The position numbers and the translations under genes were made by a program. 64,000 nucleotides of DNA from Bugula neritina. Its lineage: Eukaryota; Animalia; Bryozoa. This document shows, one piece after another, positions 37,401-52,286 of the stretch. Every line of letters starts with the position of its first letter. The first letter of the stretch is position 1. The stretch spans positions 18,397,700 through 18,461,699 of the forward strand of contig OZ037768.1 in the NCBI GenBank assembly GCA_964035545.1. The letters are read 5' to 3'. The notes below the pieces were generated by a model that was not told where the DNA came from, made no database searches, and saw only the letters and a program-made list of their open reading frames with translations.

Positions 37401-39504
37401 GTGTTCTTTTTGAAAAGAAGTTATCGACAGTTTGCACTGGGGATTTCTTATTGCTATTTGATATGCATGTAAAGTATACAGTCTATTATGTATAAGAGGA
37501 AAAATATAACTAATCAGCTCTCAGAACAGATTCTTTCAGAAGTTCGAGTTATGGTGTAATCATACCATCTCCAATTGAAATTATCCTAACTTAGGTAATT
37601 GGATCTTATTTCCAAAGAATGGTTTCCTCATGTTACCTTATTGTTGTTGTTGGCTTCCTGTATGTCTTCAAAACTTGTGTAAGTTGCTTAGGATTAAGGC
37701 TGCGTATTTCTAAATTTGTAAAATTTTTTCTGATTGAATTAATAACTTTCCCTGATGCATCCAATGAATTCTAATTGATTACAATCACACTATTACTTAA
37801 TTAAGTTCTTGTCCATCAGGAAAAATCTATTCCCATTGTATAAGTTAAATGCCAGTGAACTCTACATGAATTTACCTTTGAATTTCAGGTTTCTCATTTA
37901 AAACTAAAAGCAGCGTCAGTTTCCACTCTACACTTTTTAATTAAATACTACTGATATAATATTATAGCTGCAATTTAAAATAATTATAATAATTTTTTTT
38001 CAGCTCAAATTGAGGTTAAACGCAACACTTCGAGTTCACAAAAAATGGTGGAAAATCTGATACTAAGACTCCTTAATTTTCAATTTATTTATATCAGCTA
38101 TGCAAATAAATAACATGTTATAATAATATTGTTTCACTATTGAAAATGCTATTGTTTATTTGCCATACTATACCTATATATACCAGGTTTATTTTTGAGT
38201 AACTGGCCGTCTACATTAGCCTACAAATAGCAAGACAAGCAAATTTATAGAGCCAAGGCACAATGACAAAAATAACTTAGGTATATATGCATAATTTCGA
38301 ATCATAGTATTCAATTTAGGGGCGAAATCAATTGTCTTAAAGATATACAAAAACTTTGGAGTGTGAGTTTCTATTTTGAAGCAATCTTGAATTTATATAG
38401 TGCTAGAGATGCAAATGGTAACTGGTCAATTATAGGCAAGCAGCTTAGCTATGTTATTAAGCAAGGGATAAAACTCAGCTAATGATAGTAAAAAAGTTCC
38501 AAGGGCTAGCAGTTTAAAATTACTTCTTAGCATTTTATGTTTAAAACGGTTGGCAGTAAATTGTGTGCTGTCAAAATAACCTTAGGTGGTTTGAAAAAGT
38601 GTATTTCTTCTAGATGGATAATTATTTTGTTCTAATAAAATATCTTCTGTACTAAGATCCCAATTATATACTACTAGACCTTCTCTATACAATTGATATT
38701 TTAGAGTTTGTCTCATGTGAGTATGGAACAAACCTGGCCTGCACCTTCACAACAGAAGTAATTTATATTTCTATCTCAGCTATTTAAAAGGTGTATGAAT
38801 TCAAGCCAGAGTGGTCAAATAAATCTAGAATTTGAAAACTCTGCATATAATATAATAATATAATCTACAAGTTTTAATATTACATGATGTACATATTCAT
38901 AGCAATGGAAACATTTTATCTGATGTCTGCATGAACAATACATGAAACGCTAACGATAAAATTTTACAAATTACAAGGAATCTTAATCTTTTATCTTTAA
39001 ATTCAATAGTCTGATCTGTTTTTGCATGGGTACAACTATACAGCTGTTGGTGAGTGTGTTATAGTGCGAGCTCACTACCAAGACTGACTATTTCAAATTT
39101 ATCAATGCCACTCTGGCTTTATGCTTTTAACTCCAAGGAAAAGTTTTTAAAAATTTCAGTTCAGTCTGCTAACTACTACCATTCAGTTTAAGAGGCTGTA
39201 TGCAAGCTCAAGTAAAACAAGAGTAATTTTTCATAATTTTATTGAAATTACACATACTATAAGCTATTCAACTTTTGGGTTGCAATCACTACATGGATTA
39301 TCTTTTTGAAGAATAATTGAGGTAGTCAAATTAGTTAATTTATGCAGATTAAATTTTCTACCTTAGTAAAAACAAGGAATAAATAGAAAGAAATGCAAAA
39401 CAATTTCTCAAACAAAACTTACAGCTGGTTGCTTATAGCAATGTACATTTATTTCCATTTCTTTAGGTAAATTATCCAGCATTGAAAAACTACCGGTCTA
39501 GCTG

Positions 39505-40581
39505 TCAATTACAGCATGGTAGAGATTTCTTGAATGATTTTCTGAATTCAGGTATAAATACTGTGTATATTACAGGATTTAACATACTATTTGAGTATCC
39601 CAGCCAAGTAAAGATATCTTTTGCATTAGGCGGAATCAGATTTTTGTTGAATGGTGTTATCACAGCATTCACAAAAAATGGCAGCCAACATACACAGAAT
39701 ACTCCAGTTATTATTAATAATATGCATAATGCTTTTCTTTCTCGTTTTTTTACTAGTTTCAGGCACTCGACTGATTTTTTATTCAAGAGTTGCTTTGTAG
39801 ATGGGTCAGTATTATTTGCCTTTGTGAAGGTTGATTCTAGCTTGGTACCATTAAAGCTTTCAGCGGGTGTTTCCTGTTGGTCCTTTATTGTCACTTCAGT
39901 TGCATTTCGTGAATATTCCCCACTTCTTTTTAGCAGTTTTTTGGAGCGTTTTCTCACGTGAAGAAACAGTTTTACATACACATAGATTAAGACTCCAGTT
40001 GGAATATAAAAAGCGGTTAGTGTTGAATAAACGGCTATGGCTAACTGTTGGCTGATAATACACCCCTTCCCATTTTTGTCTGGCTCTAATAATAACATGA
40101 CTAAGTTTGGCAAACAGACAACTGCTGGGGGTATGCTCCAGCAAACTCCCACAGCTATCTTTACAAATCTTCGTTGTTTTTTCTTGTCTCTAGAGTACGT
40201 TAAACTACTAGAATAGAAGAATGTATCCAAAGCAATAGCTACAAGATGAAGAATACTTGTGGTACAGAGTGTTAGGTCTGCCATTAAATAGACCATACAC
40301 ATAGCTTTACCAGCTATCCAATAGCCATATATTTGATAAATAGCTGCCATCGGAATTACAGTCATACCAACCAGTAAATCTGTAACTGCCAATGAAGAAA
40401 CTAACCTGTTCGCATATCGTTGCCTCAACTGGTGGTCGGTTCTTATTGCATTAATGACAAATATGTTGCCAACAATAGTACAGAAAGATATACAGCTTAT
40501 TGACAAGCCTGCTGCCAGCGCCATGTTCATATTCACTTCAGTGTTGGTGGCTGAAAATAACTCTATCGAACTGTTATTCAT
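39505..40581 (-). CDS. Class A aminergic GPCR, 5-HT1-like serotonin receptor, intronless, with DRY replaced by DTF
   Basis: 358-aa ORF with 7 TM segments: GN (TM1), LAVTD (TM2), C3.25 and D3.32 in CMVYLMADLTLCTTSILHL, ECL2 CIISQ, YSTLTAFYIP (TM5), RERKA...CWLPFF (TM6), WLGYSNSMLNPVIY (TM7), helix 8 EFRKSFKK and C-terminal CC. Confidence 0.9.
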   Translation of the reverse strand: MNNSSIELFSATNTEVNMNMALAAGLSISCISFCTIVGNIFVINAIRTDHQLRQRYANRLVSSLAVTDLLVGMTVIPMAAIYQIYGYWIAGKAMCMVYLMADLTLCTTSILHLVAIALDTFFYSSSLTYSRDKKKQRRFVKIAVGVCWSIPPAVVCLPNLVMLLLEPDKNGKGCIISQQLAIAVYSTLTAFYIPTGVLIYVYVKLFLHVRKRSKKLLKRSGEYSRNATEVTIKDQQETPAESFNGTKLESTFTKANNTDPSTKQLLNKKSVECLKLVKKRERKALCILLIITGVFCVCWLPFFVNAVITPFNKNLIPPNAKDIFTWLGYSNSMLNPVIYTVFIPEFRKSFKKSLPCCN

Positions 40582-41076
40582 GTTTATATCTTCTAAGAGG
40601 TAAACTTTTAACAGGTTGCTTAGCTTTACGAAGATTTAATAAAAATGAAAGTACGAGCCCATTCAGACCTCAAGTTGCCAAGGTATTGATTGCATGTTTA
40701 TATGACAGCAACCAATCACATTCTGTTCTAGATTTACAACAAAGATAATTTCTCCAGTAGAAATAATTATTAACTGGGATTAGTAAAACATGATATTATG
40801 GTGTACAGCATAATAAGGAGTTTACATTGCCATTAAATTTGCTCTAGTATAAAGCAGCATATAAACATATTGAATGGGGTAATGCAGATTAGATAGTTTT
40901 AGAGTTGTTCCCGTTTGACTAGGTAAATTCTCCACATAACCTTACTATTGCAAGAAAATTCAATAGTTCTGGGAAACCTTCATATCGAACTACTCAACTT
41001 TAAAAACTGACTACCCGTACACATGAAGCACTGGGCTTTTTAAACCTCAACTCCACACTGTACCGTCTGTACGGAA

Positions 41077-41476
41077 GGTGTCATCCAGTAGAAGCTAGGC
41101 TAAATTTCCCACTCCGATGCTTTTTATTTATTTTGGTACAATATATATTTTCCGTGGAATTTATTTGAATGTTATTGAAATTTATAAATAAACTTGGATC
41201 AATTGTTTGCTATTTAGCGAATAAATAAATTTTTTTGATTTGCATTAACTTATTAATTTTGCATATTCTATACTTCTTGTTGTTTAAAAAAATATATTGT
41301 TTATAATTATTCATTAAAAGTAATGTCTATTATTAATGTACTACTGTTTCTTGCCCCACACAAATCCGTGAAAAGTGGGCTATTATTCCAGATACTTCAT
41401 ATTAGCAATCAATACAACATTTATAGGTATTATTATAGTACCAAAATAAAAAATAGCGTCTAACTGGGATGAAACT
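41077..41476. mobile_element. MITE family 1, copy 2
   Basis: Colinear with 368-857 (shared gctaggctaaatttcccac, aacttggatcaattgtttg, caaatccgtgaaaagt, ccaaaataaaaaatagc). Ends GGTGTCATCC ... TGGGATGAAAC. Confidence 0.8.
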
Positions 41477-42742
41477 GTAGTAAGTTTTATTCTCTGCAAG
41501 ACTAGCCAGGTATCTCTCCCATCATGGAAGCTGATCCAATATTAGCATCACAAACTAATGCATCCAACATAAATGTAAAAGCCAAGCCATTTAACGATGG
41601 TTTTGCTCATTACATTTTAATAATATTACCGGCTCTTTTTATCACCCATCACTGCATTTCCAAGCTTCAGATTATGGGAATGGATTTATAATGTTTGAAA
41701 ACAGTGGCGTTGAAGCCATAAGTTCATGCAAATGGCAATCTCAAAATCATTAATTCGCATAATGCAAAATAATGAAAACAGGTGATCATAAATCTCTACC
41801 AATTACTCTTGACTGTAATGGCTTGGATAGCATACAACCAATCGAGTCAGCACTAATGATACAAAAACTTGCTCACTCTCAAGATCCAGAGTATCATCTA
41901 TACTCCTACTGCTATACTATGTAGCCTGCACTTATAAAAGGATATATTCAGCACGTTCATAATTATAATTACATTGAATAGAAAGTGTTGCAGAACATCT
42001 CCATAAACAAATTTTACACAGGCAACAAAACATTACAAGCTAAAACAGGTTCTATGCCTACACTCATTAGCAGCTTGAAAAAACAACATTTTTTCAGATA
42101 AACAAAAGGATGGGAGAAGATAAGTTACAGTGTGAATGATAACCAAATTAAAATAGCTTTGGGTTAAATATTGATTGAGTAGAAATACAGTTACACACTG
42201 TCTGTTATTAACTTATACCTTACAACTTTGTATTAACCATCAGTATAAATTGTTACAGTAACATAAGCTGAGCATATCTAAAATGTAATGTGTGTAATAA
42301 GCAACACAACTACTGCAACATTTCGTAAATAAAAACAAAAACAGTAATCCTCTAGTTTTAACAGATCGCTAGATTTTCCAGATATAAACCATGGGGGAAT
42401 GCTCCAACCTCACTGAAATCCAGTTTGATGAAGCTTACTCAAGATACAAACAAAAATTTCTTTTAATAATTGCCTACTGTTTCACTCTTACTAGGTGGAA
42501 ACTGATGCCTGAAAATTCTAATGAAGAATAGTAACGCTACAAAAGTCCACTTCCATCTACTGACAAAGCTAGAAGGCCACTTTCAGTTATAAGCCATGCC
42601 CAGAGTTCCAATAAAATATAATAAAACTGATAAATTCTAAGTTAATATTTTTTCCAGATGATTAGCTGATGGTTAGCAGCAATAACAGTCATTGGATGAA
42701 AATCATCCTACAGTTAAGGATGTATCCAGCGCTGCCTATAGT

Positions 42743-45700
42743 TCAGCGACACTCCCAGACTTTAATTGTTTGATCTACACTGCCAGTTAGTACGTATGGT
42801 GCATTTCTATGCATATCTAAAATAGAACCATCAAGTAAAGTGCACAGAGAAGATCAAACAATAACAAAGTTTCAAGTCTGTTTTTAATTGTCAATATTAT
42901 TAACCTGAAAAATATTCAATGATATCATATCAGAGATAATAAAATAAAAATACAAGCATAAGATTAGCTTCACTTGTAGCACTTCACTAGTATGAAAAGC
43001 TAATACATACTTTTATACGATAATTATTAGATACGAGGGAACTGTTCAGGCTGTAGGGTAGTGGGCATTTATAGCAAGTAATTTCATGCCATTAAGGTAT
43101 TCCAATGTTAAATTATTACTATTATATATATAGAGATAAAACAAAGTGCTTACGAATATTGCTAAATAAATTAGAAAAATAATATATAAATTTGTCTCAC
43201 CTAAACAAGTAACAAAATGAGAATGAGCCTCAATTGTTTTCGAGTTACGCTTGTTGGCAATATCCCAGATTCTCAAGGTTTTATCATCAGATGCAGTGAG
43301 GATGAATTTACCACCAGGATGAAATACTATGTCCCTGATCCAATTGTTATGGCCAGACTGCAGAAGATGTTACGACTGAGTTATTTGAAACAAGTGCTAC
43401 CACAAAAACATTTGATAAGCCTAGAACTTTAATTGAAAAATTTAGAAAATTGTATAGACACATTTTGTAAAACAAATTTGTCAATATAATCCAACAGGTT
43501 TTTACTATGAAATACTTTTATTTATTGATTTTATGAAATGTTAACTTATACCTTTACTTCTTAAGTTTATAGAGTGTTGACTTATGCTTATATACACAAC
43601 TTTATAAATGTACAAAGTACTCTAAAGAAATAGGCTCTCAGGATATAGGATATATAGTATAACTACTACAGAACACAGTTACGTTATGTCACAACCATCA
43701 TGTATCCAATATTTTATACAGTGTCCTTACATCCTTGCCAGTCTGCATTTACAAAAATATTTTCAACTGAAGCTATTAATTATACCTTCATAGCAAATGA
43801 GACATGAAGATTTATAAAAGAAATTGGAGCAAATGCCACTTTAAATGTATACTGGGTATTGCATTTCAGACATTCCAAAGAAATATTCTTTTTAGAGCTC
43901 ATGACTTGTAAGACTTTAAGATCAGACTTTTGCTGCAAAGTTTAGATTAAGACATATTGATACTTTAAGCTAGCAAGTGAACATAGCTTCGGATAACGAC
44001 TTTAGTTATCATATTGAAGACAGTTATGTCTGAATCTTCATCACCACTCGAGATCATGACTTTATTATATACGAAAAAAATCGAATCTCCAATATTTCAT
44101 GTAATGCTGCTATGCTGGAATACTAATAGAGGATTAGGTCAACAGCCACTATTCCATAAATGCATGAATACAAGATAATTTCCCTTGCAAAATGCCTGTA
44201 GGCAGATATCATGACTATTTCAATTCAAGTAGCTCTTTCAAAATCAAACTAAAACATTGATCTAACATTTCTGCAGATGAAAAACAATATTTAGCATGGA
44301 AAATATCTATTTTTAGATATCTCTGTACTATCAATCACCTAAAGAAACCTAAAAATAGATAATGATTTCATTGGCTGAATGTGAGAAATGTAACCTACCA
44401 AAGTGAATAGACACTGGCCAGAGTTGACGTCCCACATTTTAATAAGTTTATCTCTTGAGCCAGATATCAGGTAGGGTCCACTAGCACTGGCCTTCTGCCA
44501 AGACAATACCAGACAGCATGAAGTATAGATTATTGAATAAATTGTACACAATTGGATGAAACTAACTTAGAAATAAAAACCTCTGATGATTGCTCAGTGA
44601 GCAGTTGAGCTGAAACCTTAGGAAATATCTTATTACAATTATTTTTTTATAAAAACTGCTTCTAGTTATAAATTAAAAAATAAAATAGATTTGTGTTCTC
44701 ATTGCAAAATACAACATTTGTTGAAAGCATTTACTGGTATCCCTGCAGCAGTGGCTATACTAGAGTAGGAAGAGTGTGGGGCCCAGCTGACGCACTCTAC
44801 GACATGGTCATGCTCCCTGAAGTCCGCCTTCACTTCTTTAGTAGCAACTGCCCACACAACTACAGTCTACAAAATAACTACAAAGTTAACTGATGGCTAG
44901 CATGTAGTTTCACTTACACATGTAAAGGTGAGCAAGAAAAGTCAATTAACTTTCAATTACATGATCGGAAAACTTAAACATAATAAAAATACAGGTACAC
45001 AGCTGAATAAAAATTTAAATCCGAGAAAAATTCTATGACAAAATTTCCCTAGTCATTAAAATTGCTTTTTAATAAACCAGCCACCTCTAACTATTTGGGC
45101 AACTACATCTTATTTCATTCTAGCTACTTGATGGCAAAGCTTAGTTTCAAATTAGTCTTTACCATAAAACTCAAGGAGAGTATCCTGGAAAGTTAACAGT
45201 AAAGTTAGTACATTAGTACTTAGTACATCAAGTAACCAACTTTGTAACAAAACTACAGTCAGAAAGGCTTTAAAGGGCCAGAATGTTAATAACAGACAGC
45301 CAGTCTTTCTTTCTGTCGAAAATCTTCTGAACTTTGGAGAAAGTATTCATTAATCAATTGATCTTTTAGTACAATTTATTCATAGCTGATTGACTTGAGA
45401 TAATTTTAATATCATTATAAATAGTCAGAAACCGCGTGAAATTACAAAAAGTCAGCCACGATTAGAACACTGTATACTCAACACGTCAAGTATTACTAAA
45501 CATAACAAGTATGTGGGTTTTTACTCAGTGAGTGTAATATAGTAGTGTCTATCTAGAACTAGAAAGGTATAATTGTATAACTTTTAAAAGAGTAAATTTT
45601 AAAATATCACTGAGATGTTAAAATTGACTAATTTCACATCAGTGATGGATGAGCAGTGAAGACTGAAAAAATGTCAAAACCTAAACTTGCCAAACTCTGC

Positions 45701-48700
45701 TAATACTGTTAACATTCTTGCCACCACAAAAAGTCCGCTTTAAGCTCTGAAAATGCTCATCAAAAGCACGGTCCATATTAACAAAATCCTATTAAATATG
45801 ATATACCATTACATCATCCAAACCTATAAAATCTATTTAATTAGTACACTGGATTCAAAGTGTCACATTATTGATTATTGAATCGGATGAGGATGACCTG
45901 CTAGAAGTATATACCTGGTCATTAGAGCAGCTGGCTAGGAGTGAGCCATCTTGATTGACACAGACAGATCTCACCCACTCTCTGTGCCCGGTAAAGGTCT
46001 TGGTGCAGTACCTACAGTATATAATATATAATATGTTCATTAACATTAAAATATTTCATCATGAATATTGCATATTATATTATACATGGCTGAGATAATC
46101 CTAACTTGAAAGCCTATTGGTAAAAACAATTCATTTTTACATATTCTATTTCATTTTAAAGTATTTATATTTGGTATTGCAGCACAAGAACTATACCAAG
46201 TTTGCCAAGTCAATCAAAGTTGTTGGTGGCTCTAGAGCAATAGTTTAATAGCAGCTGTTCTATGTTTGTTTGCAACCTTATAATTAAGTATAATGAAGAT
46301 TATTGATATATGCTCAACGGTGGTTTATCCAATAAAAATTCACCGTAGAAAATGATTAGCTTTGCTTGCAATTTCTTACGTGTGTCCAACTTTAATAGGA
46401 GAATGTATTATCAGGTTCTACTACCAACTAATATTCAGCTTTGTGAAAAATGTCAATAATCAAATCAAATTTAATCCTATTTATTCATCTCTTGAGAAAT
46501 GATTGCTTTATGTAACAGTATTGGTGAAAATAGGTGTCCCAGTGTTGCATAACTATAGTCTACACTCTACAGTCTATGGGAGTCAACACCCAAAGCCTGA
46601 AATTACAGAGCTGGTGACTTAGAAGCATGAAGCAAAATACTGCAGTGCTTCCTAGTATCTCTATCACACTAAGCTACGGTCTTGAAACCTCAATGACATT
46701 ATAGTAGACATAGCTAAATTCGGTTATTTTGTTACTATACACGCATAGATAAGCAACAAAACTGGGGTCCGAGCCCTTCTCATGACCTACAGAATTTCCT
46801 GAGCCACTGAGGGAGCACTGTACATGCAATTACTGAAGGAGAATGAGACACAATTGAATGTGTTGAGTGTGGAGATGAAGATTGCGATACTATTTTTAGA
46901 GTCAAGTTGTTAGAAAGAGTCAACCAACCGAGTGCACAATTTAGCTTTTCTCATCCACTTAAATAATATGAAGTTAGATTGCACAGGCGACACCAATGTC
47001 AAGACAAGAGCAGTAGAAAAAAGTATATCTGAGCTTTGACCAGATATTAGCCCAACATTTCATGCTTGAATGTTTTCAGGTCTCATTTGTAAAAATTTGA
47101 AAAGCCCGCTTTTTGCAAGTTTATGAAGATTTGCATTCATAATATGGGGAGCAAGCTAAAGAGAAACCTATGAATATACAAAATTGGTGTTATATGTTTT
47201 GGTAGTCAGTACTTTGGACATCTACATTTGGATTTTGTTATAAATGGTCAAACAAAGCTCTCTATCTACTCTGAAAAATCACCTTGTTCACACTAATTTA
47301 ACTTGGTCAAGCCCCATTTTAGAGCTTAACTAAAATACTGATGGGGGAAGATCAACTGTAACTGTAACTAAACAATTATAAATTACACAACTTGTTCATG
47401 AGTAAATCAAATGTTTGCAGCTAAAAGAATTCATTATTTGCTTTTACTGTATTTTTGTATTAAATCAGAAAGAGATAGAAAAAACGATAACTTTAACAAG
47501 TCTAATGAGTTATTTATGTAAAACGACAATAGTAGGTGAAATTGCCCACGTTGCTAAATTGAATGTTTGACTGAAAACCTAATGACAAGTAGATTTGTAG
47601 CCGCTTTAGACAAATTGAAAGTCATTTTTTTATGAACAGTAGTACATTTACTAATGGTTGTGATAACATTGCAGTTTCTGCAGCCACTTATAAGTGTTGC
47701 ATAGTATTGCAATATCTAAATATTGTTGCAAAACTATTGCAATATTCGATTGAGAATATTTTAGAAGTTATTTTCTCCTGATAATCGGTACATACTGCAT
47801 TAGCCTGTTAATTATTAAGAGGTGAGCAGATTTCTTTGATGGCAAAACTTACACATATTCCTGTGAAGCACAATTTTTTCAATTTATATAAACACATGAA
47901 GATAACAAGTAAAATTATTAGCATATAATTTTACGTAATCAATAGCATCAGACATATTTCCTGTTTCCTGCTTTTAGTTCAGGTCTGCAGGAATGAGTTT
48001 AGTTGCATTATAGAGTGTGATTTTATACATTACATGTTACAATTTGTTTTTCCTATAAAACTGAGACAAACGAAATTTTCCAATAAATCATAATTATAGG
48101 CTCAATTAGTGCATTTTGCAAGGGGAAGTGACTCCAACAGTAGTATTTACAACAGAGTCTACTGCTGAAGACAAACTACACAGTTGCTACTCACCCAGAT
48201 GCCACATCCCACATCTTTATAGATTTATCTCTAGATGAGGAGAAGATGAAGTCTCCATTGGGAGAGAAGAGTACACACGATACGTTATGGTCATGACCTT
48301 GCAGAGTCTTGGTACACTCATAGGTGGTGAAATCCCACAGCTTCACGCTCATGTCGGCCGAGCAGGACACTAGATCAGAAATGGTCAACTTACAAAAATC
48401 AGGCACACCGGATTCAATTTTCAAATGATGGTGTTTGGTTGTAGAGTAATACAAAAAGTGATTATTTCTTTCGAGCTGACACATAACTATTGTGAAGACG
48501 CAAGAGTACAGCCGGTTATGATACATAGGAGTTGTTTTCTCAACAGAAACAATTATAAGAAATATCGCGCCTGGGCACTTTTGGCAATTTACAAGTTGAC
48601 AAAGCTATTTCCAAATATGCTGGAAAAAAGAATACACAGCAAATATAATGTTTCTTTTGGTAATTAAATGGACATGAAAAAGTAAATATTTTGCATTAAT

Positions 48701-51700
48701 TTAAGAAAAAATGTTATGAATAAACCAACATATTAACTAGAGGCCAAATCTGGAAATGAGTTGAACTCAGACTACTTTTTGATTGAGAAAGAGTAACATA
48801 AATTTAAAAAAATGATTAGTTTAAATAAGCCAACACAAAAAGGAATATGCCGACATAAAACACAAATTGATTATACAAAATTACTACAGCGAATAAAACT
48901 CAACATTCATCTCTATACTATTATATTCTGTAAAAGTTATTCAAGTTGGTTAATAACTTGAAAATTAGTTTTGTGGTTTAGTTGAGAGCAGATAACTCTA
49001 TAAACATTATGAATAAATCTTCTGATACTCCTTATAAGTTTCACTTACAGTTTTTACGTCTAAGTTATCATACATCAGACAACTCCAAAGTTCGTCTAAA
49101 AACTTAATAACAACTCCACTCACTTGCCTACAAAGACTTTGAAACCCAAAGGGACTCACCCATTAATTTTCCTGTGTGATCAAAGGCAACATCTTGCACA
49201 GCATCTGTGTGACCTTTGAGTGTCCTTTCATAGTCTCCGGTCTCATAGTCCCATATCTGATATAAAACAAAATAAGAAGCTTCCAACTTTTCAACATACA
49301 CCAGCTTAAAAAAGTTCAGAATTAAAAAATCATAGCAATGCTAAAATGCTAAAATAACACCCGACACAACACTATAACCATATTCTGGAGAGGGAATAAA
49401 TTCCAGACATTAGACTAGCACCGAATGCTCTGACCTTGATGGTGGCATCCTCGCTGACACTCGCACAGACGCTAAAGACAGGATGGAAGATCACTTTAGT
49501 TATTGGACTTCTGTGACCAGACAGAGAGAACTTCTCAGGAGGTCTGGGAATCCACTCGCTAGGATCCCGCTTGTCTCTGGTAGGTCCACCAGAGTGAAAC
49601 TCTTTTTCTGCTTCAGCCAACTTGGCCTCCAAATCCATTACCTAGAATATACAGTTGGTAGTACAAAGTAGTGCTTTTAACACAATCAAAACATTGGTGC
49701 ACTAAATTTACAGAATTCTGGTCTCTATTCAGCGATGAAAACTAATTTTGAATAACCACAGGGCCACATTAGAAGGATTTTCCGCGTGAAAATACTTCTC
49801 AGGAACAACCTACTACACACAGTGCGTTGCCAGTAGTGCGAAAAAATTTTTAGCTAATGATAGTTTGTGTTTAATTTTACTGCTACGTCAATTGCTTTGC
49901 AGCGAGAAAATGACTTTAAGCATAAAATCGGAAAATGTAAATTATTAAAAAGAAGTTTTAATTTAGTTCGGCAAATTAAAAACGTGAATTGAAACTCAAA
50001 AGATGTGCTCGCTAAATGGTAACCAGTCAATTAGATCAAATCCAAACTCGCCGTTCTGCATTTTATCCTCATGACTCTGCACACAACAGTTCATTTTTGG
50101 TTTAGACAAATTTTCCTTGTGCGGAAAATCCTTGTAGCCCTACACTAAATTGAAGAGACTTAATGATCACATGTTAACATTGGTCAGGGAATAATCACAA
50201 AGAGTGTGTACTGCTTCTTTTCTAATGTTTAGTTACAAATCTGAACCCAAGTGCATTAGTATTTGTACTAAACCAGTAAATGTAATTAGAAAATGTTCCT
50301 TAGCAACCCAAGACACTTGAGGATTTTGAAAAACCCGGCCCAATCCCAATACTCCATTTCTTCTCATATAATCAATCATAAACATATTTATTATAGATAT
50401 AAATGTCATTAGCTTAGTTCAGATAAATTTAACATAGCTGCACTCTCAATAATGCAAGGAAAAAGAAATCAAGATACACAAGATAAGAACCCGTTATACG
50501 AGAGTTCAAAGCAAACAATATACAATTTGGATAAACCCATTATGCAAACTCCTACTATATTTCTTCTATTGTATCACAGATACACTTGTTAAACACATTA
50601 GTGGTGTACATACCTTTTTTTGTAGTCTTATGACTGATGTCCATTTTTTCTCTAATAATCCAGAAAATTTATCTTCTATGTTTTCAGGCTACAAAACATA
50701 GAACCTTGGTCTACATCCCTGGTTATCAGTGACAACTAAACTACACAAACACCACTTTACTTCATCTAAACAGAACAACTTTACAGCGTATCACATGTTT
50801 GACCATCACAATCAACACAGCAATCATACCAATGGTGTCTACAATAAGAGAGAAAGCTTAAAAAGTCTACGGTCCATTTTAGAAACCCTGGCAAACTTTA
50901 TTCAGTGCAATCAATATTAAAATATAATATGAATGCAAGAACTGCTGAAATAAAATTTATGCAACTAACGTTGTATTAATGTGATACCGTTGGACTAATG
51001 CAGCATTTACTCTAATATATTCTTAAATGTTTCATGAGGGGTATATCAGAGAATAAGATCAGTGCGATTTAATTTATGGCTTCGTACAACAAATTTCTCT
51101 GATTTAAATAAAAGTAATGGATGATCAGGATATGTTGGAGAGAAAAAAGAAAATTCTAGCATCAGGTGCCTTTTAAATAGTCTGATCACTTGGCCTCAAT
51201 ATCACAGAAGCTTGCTAACCACGACCAGATAAGGAAATGTTTTACACACTCATCTATTTAAAGGTGCAGTTAGATGCATGGTCTCTGAAGAATATTTAGA
51301 CACAAGTGCACTTGAGTGTCTAGTCACACTTAGTTACAATGAACAAAATATGTAACTAGAGTCTCTAATACACACTCATTGTGAAATCAATAACGCTACT
51401 AACCCAGTTTTCTAAACTTACAATGCATAGTAAGTAGCAAAAATAAACAGCTTCTTTGTGCCAAGCATTGTGATAATGAATTACTATAGAGTGAGATGTA
51501 TAATCATACTGCAGGTGAAGGGGCACAGCTGACCCAAACCAAAACTCAGCAAACTTACCAGTTCTGCTTCCTTCACAAACTCAGAGTGGGCAGAATGGAA
51601 TCCCATACTCTTTAAATAGTCAGCAATAGTCTTGTGCCTACAACCAAGTGCATCAACATGCATCATTCACCCAACTTTCAAAAGGCTGTCTAAATAAGGT

Positions 51701-52286
51701 TCTCCTATAACTATGTACATGAATATAAATTCCTTGTTGCTGATGTTAGATAAAACATTCTTTTTCAGAGGAATTTACAACACATAATACTGTATAGGAA
51801 TTATAAAAGCAAAATAGTAAAAGTAATAGAAATGAATACATTACTACATGATAGTTGCCATCAAGTTTAAAAACTGAAAGCTTGGCATACTCAATTTGAT
51901 ATCAGATCTGATTTTATGTTAGCGAAATCCACCATGTTTCAACTCTTGTTATATGGCCAAACTGGACAGGGATATATAGCTAAACAGCATAATATTATTA
52001 CAGTTATAGTTCATTGATTTCTGAAATAAATATTACTCACCCACAGCCCCACACAGTCATTATACATACAATTTCAGTCTAGCAAATTGACCTACATGTA
52101 TCTGTATAGACTAGAAACTGCTGCATAATGAACAAACATGCTCATTGCAACTGGTGTATAATTATTCAGATAGTAATGGTGAGTAATAGTTGAACAAATA
52201 CATGGAAAAATACATATCTAGACGTTAAGTTTTACATAACTTGTGTTAACTTACAGTTCTTCTCGCTGCTTTTGTGAGAGACCCAT
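42743..52286 (-). CDS. PAFAH1B1: Lissencephaly-1 (LisH, coiled coil, 7 WD40 repeats), dynein regulator; 11 coding exons, 406 aa
   Basis: Exons 52255-52286 ([11 protein letters not shown]), 51559-51637, 50614-50688 ([15 protein letters not shown]), 49435-49641 ([26 protein letters not shown]), 49160-49256, 48195-48369, 45915-46011 (GHREWVR), 44735-44866, 44399-44494, 43201-43357, 42743-42816 ([14 protein letters not shown]). Phases are consistent. An in-frame upstream ATG lies at 52298. Confidence 0.96.
49759..50142. mobile_element. Probable hAT-like MITE in LIS1 intron 3
   Basis: CAGGGCCACA..AAGGATTTTCCGC ... GCGGAAAATCCTTGTAGCCCTA inverted termini; no clear TSD. Confidence 0.5.

Noticed and set aside
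39482-40144. ORFs antisense to or frame-shifted within the GPCR (159, 62 and 82 aa)
   Set aside because: Shadow ORFs of the real coding sequence; no recognisable motifs.
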